Assembly (NCBI GenBank): GCA_002104905.1
Contig: MCFE01000385.1
Coordinates: 19,470 to 83,469 of the forward strand
Reading direction: 5' to 3'
Length of the DNA stretch: 64,000 nt
Source: Basidiobolus meristosporus CBS 931.73
Taxonomy: Eukaryota > Fungi > Basidiobolomycota
Part shown: piece after piece, positions 58,912 through 64,000 of the stretch
Numbering within the stretch: the first letter of the stretch is position 1
How the letters are laid out: each line of letters starts with the position of its first letter
Position numbers and translations under genes: made by a program
Notes under the pieces: model-generated
The model's input: the letters and a program-made list of their open reading frames with translations, nothing else
Databases searched by the model: none
Told to the model about the DNA's origin: nothing

Positions 58912-61900
58912 TGTTACAAGTCTTGGTATAAGAATTGTAGAGGAATGGGGAGTTTAGCTAGTATTGTATTCACTAAAACTTGAACTGATTTTTATTGAGG
59001 TTCCAGCAGCTCCTTAAATACATTTTGCCAGATCAATTGCTGACTAATTGTATTTCCTAATGTAGGTTGTGGCTGATGACTCATTTGATTGCATCATCAT
59101 CACCCAATAAGATCCTACTTAATATATCTATTTCTGTCTGATAAGGGTCTGCTAATTCATTTGCTGACTAATGCTACTGATTTCATAGATAATACTGGTA
59201 TACTGATAACCTAAACATATACTAATTGATTTGACTAAAAACTGATCTAACTTAAACATTCAAGCGGCAGATCATAACATTCTCCCTTACTAAAGTTGAG
59301 AGGGTTCTCCTGAATCTCTTCTCTTGTGATACCAATAGCTTGATGGTTCAGTATTATCAGCAAGTCTTGCAAGCTTGAGTCTGTCCCTATGCACTAAGTC
59401 TTCTCGGATATTGCCTTGTTTGTCCACCAGTTAGTAAGTTGCAAATGGACATTCTCTGATGATCTTGAATGGTCCTGTCCATTGTGGCTCAAACTTCTTC
59501 CGAGTGTTGTTTCTTAGCAATACCAAGTTCCCAACTGTTAATGCTTCTGGTGCTATAGTCTTATCAAATCTCTGCTTCATCTTTTCTGCACTTTGAGATA
59601 CTTTGGTCTGTGCCTCTTGACATCTTTGTTCCAGTTGCTGGTGTCTACTTGGCCAACTGAGTTCATCTTCTAAGGTGTCTGTAAGTTTTGGTTGTGTGAG
59701 ATCTCCTGGAATCCTTGGTTCACATCCATAAACTAAGTAAAATGGCAATTGCTGGGTGGTGTTGTGTACTCTGACTCTGCATGCAAAGAGTGCTTGGTCT
59801 ATACACTCATCCCATCTACTGACAACTCCATTTGCATACTTGGTCAGCATTTTTCCAAATAATCCATTAAACCGCTCAGTGACTCCATTAGTTCTGGGGT
59901 GATATGCCAAGGTTTTCAAGTGTCTGATCTGCTGCATTTCCAGGTAAGCCTCTAATGTCTTTGACATAAAGTTTGCACCTCTATCGGATAAGATATCCAC
60001 AGGGCATCCAAACTTCATCAGGATCTCATGGTAAATGAAACTTGCAACTTCTTGTTCACTGGCTATTGGTACAGCTTTAACAACTGGCCATTTAGTGGCT
60101 TGGTCAATTGCTACTAGGATCCAACGGTTGCATTTCCTGGTAGTTGGCAGTCTTCCAATAAAGTCAATTCCTCATCTCTCAAATGGTCTTACAGGCTCCA
60201 AAGGGAAGAGTTTGGCAATTCTTTGTGGCTGGCCTTGATTGATTTGGCAGTTTGGGCATGTTTTCACTAGCTTCTCAATATCTTGTTTCATTCTGGGCCA
60301 CCATGCTCTGGCTTTCACAAGGCTATAGGTTCCTTCAATCCCAAGATGTCCATATCCATTGTGTAGCTTATGTATTAAATCCAGGCAAGAAACATAAGGG
60401 CAATAGGCAATAGGGCTTCCATCAACAATTTGGTAGTGTTTCATCCTGTACTACAAATTTGCTGGCTTCATCACGGATTATCTTCTTGATATCTTCATCC
60501 ACCTCATTAGGAATGGCTTGGTCCTCCAAGTACTTTGCTAATAGGTCAGGCCAATCTGATTCATGCACCAAGTTGAGTTGTGCAACTTGATCCAATCTTG
60601 ATAAGGTGTCAGCAACCGTGTTGTTTTTTCCAGGGCAGTAGACAATCTCCAGGTCAAATTACTGAATGTATTCACTCCATCTTGTCATTCTTCTAGAGAG
60701 TACCTTCTGAGTAAATATATACTTGAGGGAGGCATGATTGGTCTTCACAGTGCTTTTAACTCCTTCAATATAGCATCTCCATGTCTTCAAACAGTGTGTT
60801 ATAGCAAGCATCTCCTTCTCATGGACTGGAAAGTTTTGTTCTGCTGAGTTCAGTTTCTTGGACTCAAAGGCAACAGGGTAGTCCTTTCCCTTGTGTACTT
60901 GGCTCAGCACTCCACCAATTGCATAATCTGAAGCATCTGTGCGCAGAGTGAACTCTTTTCTGAAGTCTGGTATTCTTAAGCTTGGCAGCTTAGCAAGTTC
61001 ATTCTTGAGCATTTGGAAGGCAGTCTCACAAGCTATGTCCCACGTGTAGGTATTGTCATTCTTAAGGATATCAGTTAAAGGGGCTGCAATACTTGCAAAA
61101 GACTTGACAAATCTCCAATAATAGGAAACCATTCCAAGGAATGATCTGAGTTCTGATATGCTATGGGGCTGCTTCAAATTTGTGATAACTTCAACCTTCT
61201 TAGGGTCTAAGGTCACTCCTGTGCTGGTCACTATGTGTCCCAGGTATTCAATGTGTTCCTTGAAGTATTCACACTTGGCTAGCTTGCCATATAGCTTGTT
61301 CTCTCTTAGTTCTTCAAGACCTTTTCAATGTGCACCATGTGATCCTGTTCTGTCTTTCTGTATATCAATATGTCATCCAGGTATATTATCACAAACTTGT
61401 CTAAGTACTCCTGAAAGACAGTCTGCATCAGCATCATGAATGTTGCAGGGGCATTAGTGAGGCCAAAACTCATGACTAAGTACTTGTAATGTCCATATCT
61501 GGTCCTAAATGCTGTCATAGGAATATCTTCTGGTTTCACCCTAATTTGGTTGTATCCTGACATGAGGTCAATCTTGCTGAAAATAGTGGCTCCATTAAGT
61601 TGGTCCAAAAGCTCATCAATCCAAGGTATGGGGTACTTATTCTTGACGGTAACTGAGTTCAGGGCTCTGTAGACAATGCACATCCTAAGTGTTCCATCCT
61701 TCTTTTTCACAAAAAGCACTGGTGCTCCCCAGAGTGACTTGCTGGGCCTGATGTATCCTTGCTCCAATAGCTGATCAATTTGTCTCTTCATTTCCTCCAA
61801 TTCCAATGGACTCATTCTGTAAGGTGTCTTGCTCACTGGAGGGCTATTTCCTGTGTCAATGGCATGATCCACGTCTCTGACTGGTGGTAGGCTTACAAGC

Positions 61901-63845
61901 TCATCTGGGAACACGTCTGAATACTTCTTCAAGAGAGTCTGGACCTGCTGGGGTGCTGGGGTAGAGGAATCCTCCTGTAATACCGCCATGAGGAACATCT
62001 CAGTACCTTTTATAAGTGCTCTACAGAACTGGGTCTTGCTAAGTTCACTTGTCTCACACACACTGGAATTGACCAAGTTGAAATCCAGCCTGGCAGGTAA
62101 TAGCTCATAGGTCTTGTTGTCTTTTTGGATCTGAGTAGCATGAGTACTCCAGTTGATTGATGGATTACAACAAAATAGCCAGGTTTTTCCAAGTACAAGG
62201 TCAAACTTGCAGTTCCCAAATATATAAGCCTGTAGGTCTTCTTCATAGTCATCAATCTTCATTCTTACTGGCTGGGTAATACGGTTGATTATATGGGAGT
62301 TCTCATCAGCTGTGGAGACTGAAGTTGATTTGGTAGGTTCCAAGTTGATTCCAGCTTTCAAGGCAAATTGCTCAGACATGTACTCATGCAATACTCCTGA
62401 GTCAATCATGATCTTGGCAGGTACTCCATTGATTACTCCATTCAAGTACAATAACTTCCCTGAGTTTGAGGTCATTTGGGACAAGTACTCTTCTGTCATA
62501 TGGAAGGTGAGTTCCAAGTCTTCTTCAAGCTCATCTTCCACATTACTGTGTTCATGGGACTCAATATGGTTGAAGGTTCTTGTTGGCTGGTGTCCATTTC
62601 TTCTCTGAGGGTATTACTTTGCAATATGTCCTTGCTGGTGGCAATTGAAGCAAAGTCCTTTCTTCTTACATTCTTCTGAGGTAGGATTCTTCTGCATAGC
62701 GTCTATTTCCATTGGTACTGCTTCTGATTCTCTTCTTTCATAATGATTGTAGCCTTTCTGATTAGTCACTGTAGGCTTCCCAACTCCAAACATAGCTGAG
62801 TCATAGTCAATGGCAATCTTGATGGCTTCTTCAATAGTCTGAGGTCTTTGGTAACTCACTTCCTTGCAAGTTCTTTCTTTCAACCCATCAATAAAGTATT
62901 CAACTTGATCCAGAGGGTTCATTCTTTTAATTTGCTCAGGTAGACATCTATATTCATAGATATACTCTTGGACCATTCCTTACTGTCTGAGTGTCTTTAA
63001 CTTCCTTCTTAGTAGTGTCTACTGGTGTGGAGGTTCAAAAGCATCCTGTATTTCCAACACAAACTCATCCCAGGTAGAGATTGTAGAGCATCCCATCATA
63101 GTGGCCAACCTGAACTTGTTGTGGTACCACTGTAAAGCTGCATCTGCCAGGTAAGAAGCTGCATAATGCAACTTGCTTTCTGGAGCAATTCCTTTAGCTT
63201 TAAAAGCTTCTTCAATCTGAAAGAGCCAAATTCCCAGGTTTTCATTGACTCTGCCATGGTACCGGTTGACCTTCACACTAAAGTTGCTCTTAACAGGGCT
63301 TTGCTGGTTCTGAGCCATGGTAGTCATTCCTTGTTGCTGTTGGCTGAGGATCTGGAGTAACTGTTGCTGTTGGGCCAGGATTTGCTGCATGGCATTCTTC
63401 CATTCTTGATTGTCCAACATCTTGAGGGTGGTTTCTTCTTTCTTCAGGAGGGAGATTTCTGGTTATTGCTGCTACCAATGTTACAAGTGTTGGTATAAGA
63501 GTTGTAGAGGAATAGGAAGTTTAGCTAGTATTGTATTCACTAAAACTTGAACTGATTTTTATTGAGGTTCCAGCAGCTCCTTAAATACATTTGCCAGATC
63601 AATTGCTGACTAATTGTATTTCCTATTGTAGGTTGTGGCTGATGACCCATTTGATTGCATCATCATCACCCAATAAGATCCTACTTAATATATCTATTTC
63701 TGTCTGATAAGGATCTGCTGATTCATTTGCTGACTAATGCTACTGATTTCATAGATTACACTGATATACTGATAACCTAAACATATGCTCATTGATTTGA
63801 CTAAAGACTGATCTAACTTAAACATTCAAGCGGCAGATCATAACA
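58912..63845 (-). mobile_element. Full-length Ty3/Gypsy LTR retrotransposon, disabled; no chromodomain seen
   Basis: LTRs 58912-59279 and 63479-63845 (TGTTACA..ATAACA, about 15 differences). PBS TGGTAGCAGC, PPT GTAAGGGAGAA. Gag with CFNCHQQGH, protease IMIDSG, RT YLDD, RNase H TDASDYAIGGVL, integrase LSDRGANF and GPF motif. The PR-RT-RH-IN order is Gypsy. Confidence 0.93.
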
Positions 63846-64000
63846 CTCCATTCAAGTATAATAGCTTTCCTGAGTTTGAGTTCAATGGGTAAAAGGTATA
63901 CTTCTGTCTTATGGAATGTGAGTTATGAGTCTTCTTTAAGTTCATCCTCCATATTTTTATGCTTGAGGGCTTCAATGTGAGTGAAGGTTCTTGTGATAGA
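63846..64000 (-). mobile_element. Older Gypsy gag/protease-junction fragment (same family), runs off window
   Basis: Colinear with ~62437-62590. Confidence 0.75.

Overview
Eukaryotic, intron-containing fungal DNA. An early-diverging fungus is my inference from gene content and the ~55-65 nt GT-AG introns. The window has two sharply different halves. About 1-33.8 kb is gene-dense euchromatin with normal CpG content. It carries a VNX1-like cation/H+ exchanger (partial), a GPI-anchored plant-type LRR protein built mostly one repeat per exon, a sphingoid base kinase, a Rua1/DUF4451-type protein, a 7TM GPCR-like protein, a co-oriented group of secreted/GPI proteins (two DUF7137-like paralogs), a stand-alone FAR1-domain factor, a FUSC/ArAE-family transporter and an Osm1-type fumarate reductase fused to cytochrome b5. 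About 34.3-64 kb is an AT-richer, strongly CpG-depleted block of nested mobile DNA. It holds three generations of one Copia family, including an intact copy with identical 350-bp LTRs, a TATGT TSD and a half-tRNAiMet PBS whose ATG is in frame with gag-pol. It also holds a Gypsy family with apparent 4-bp TSDs, CACTA/EnSpm-like transposase relics, an unrecognised 734-bp foldback element (347-bp arms, 40-bp loop, 3-bp TSD) and a very AT-rich decayed ORF with a doubled Cys/His motif resembling large DNA virus (NCLDV) proteins. No rRNA, tRNA or CRISPR array was seen. All family assignments come from motif recognition by eye, not database searches.
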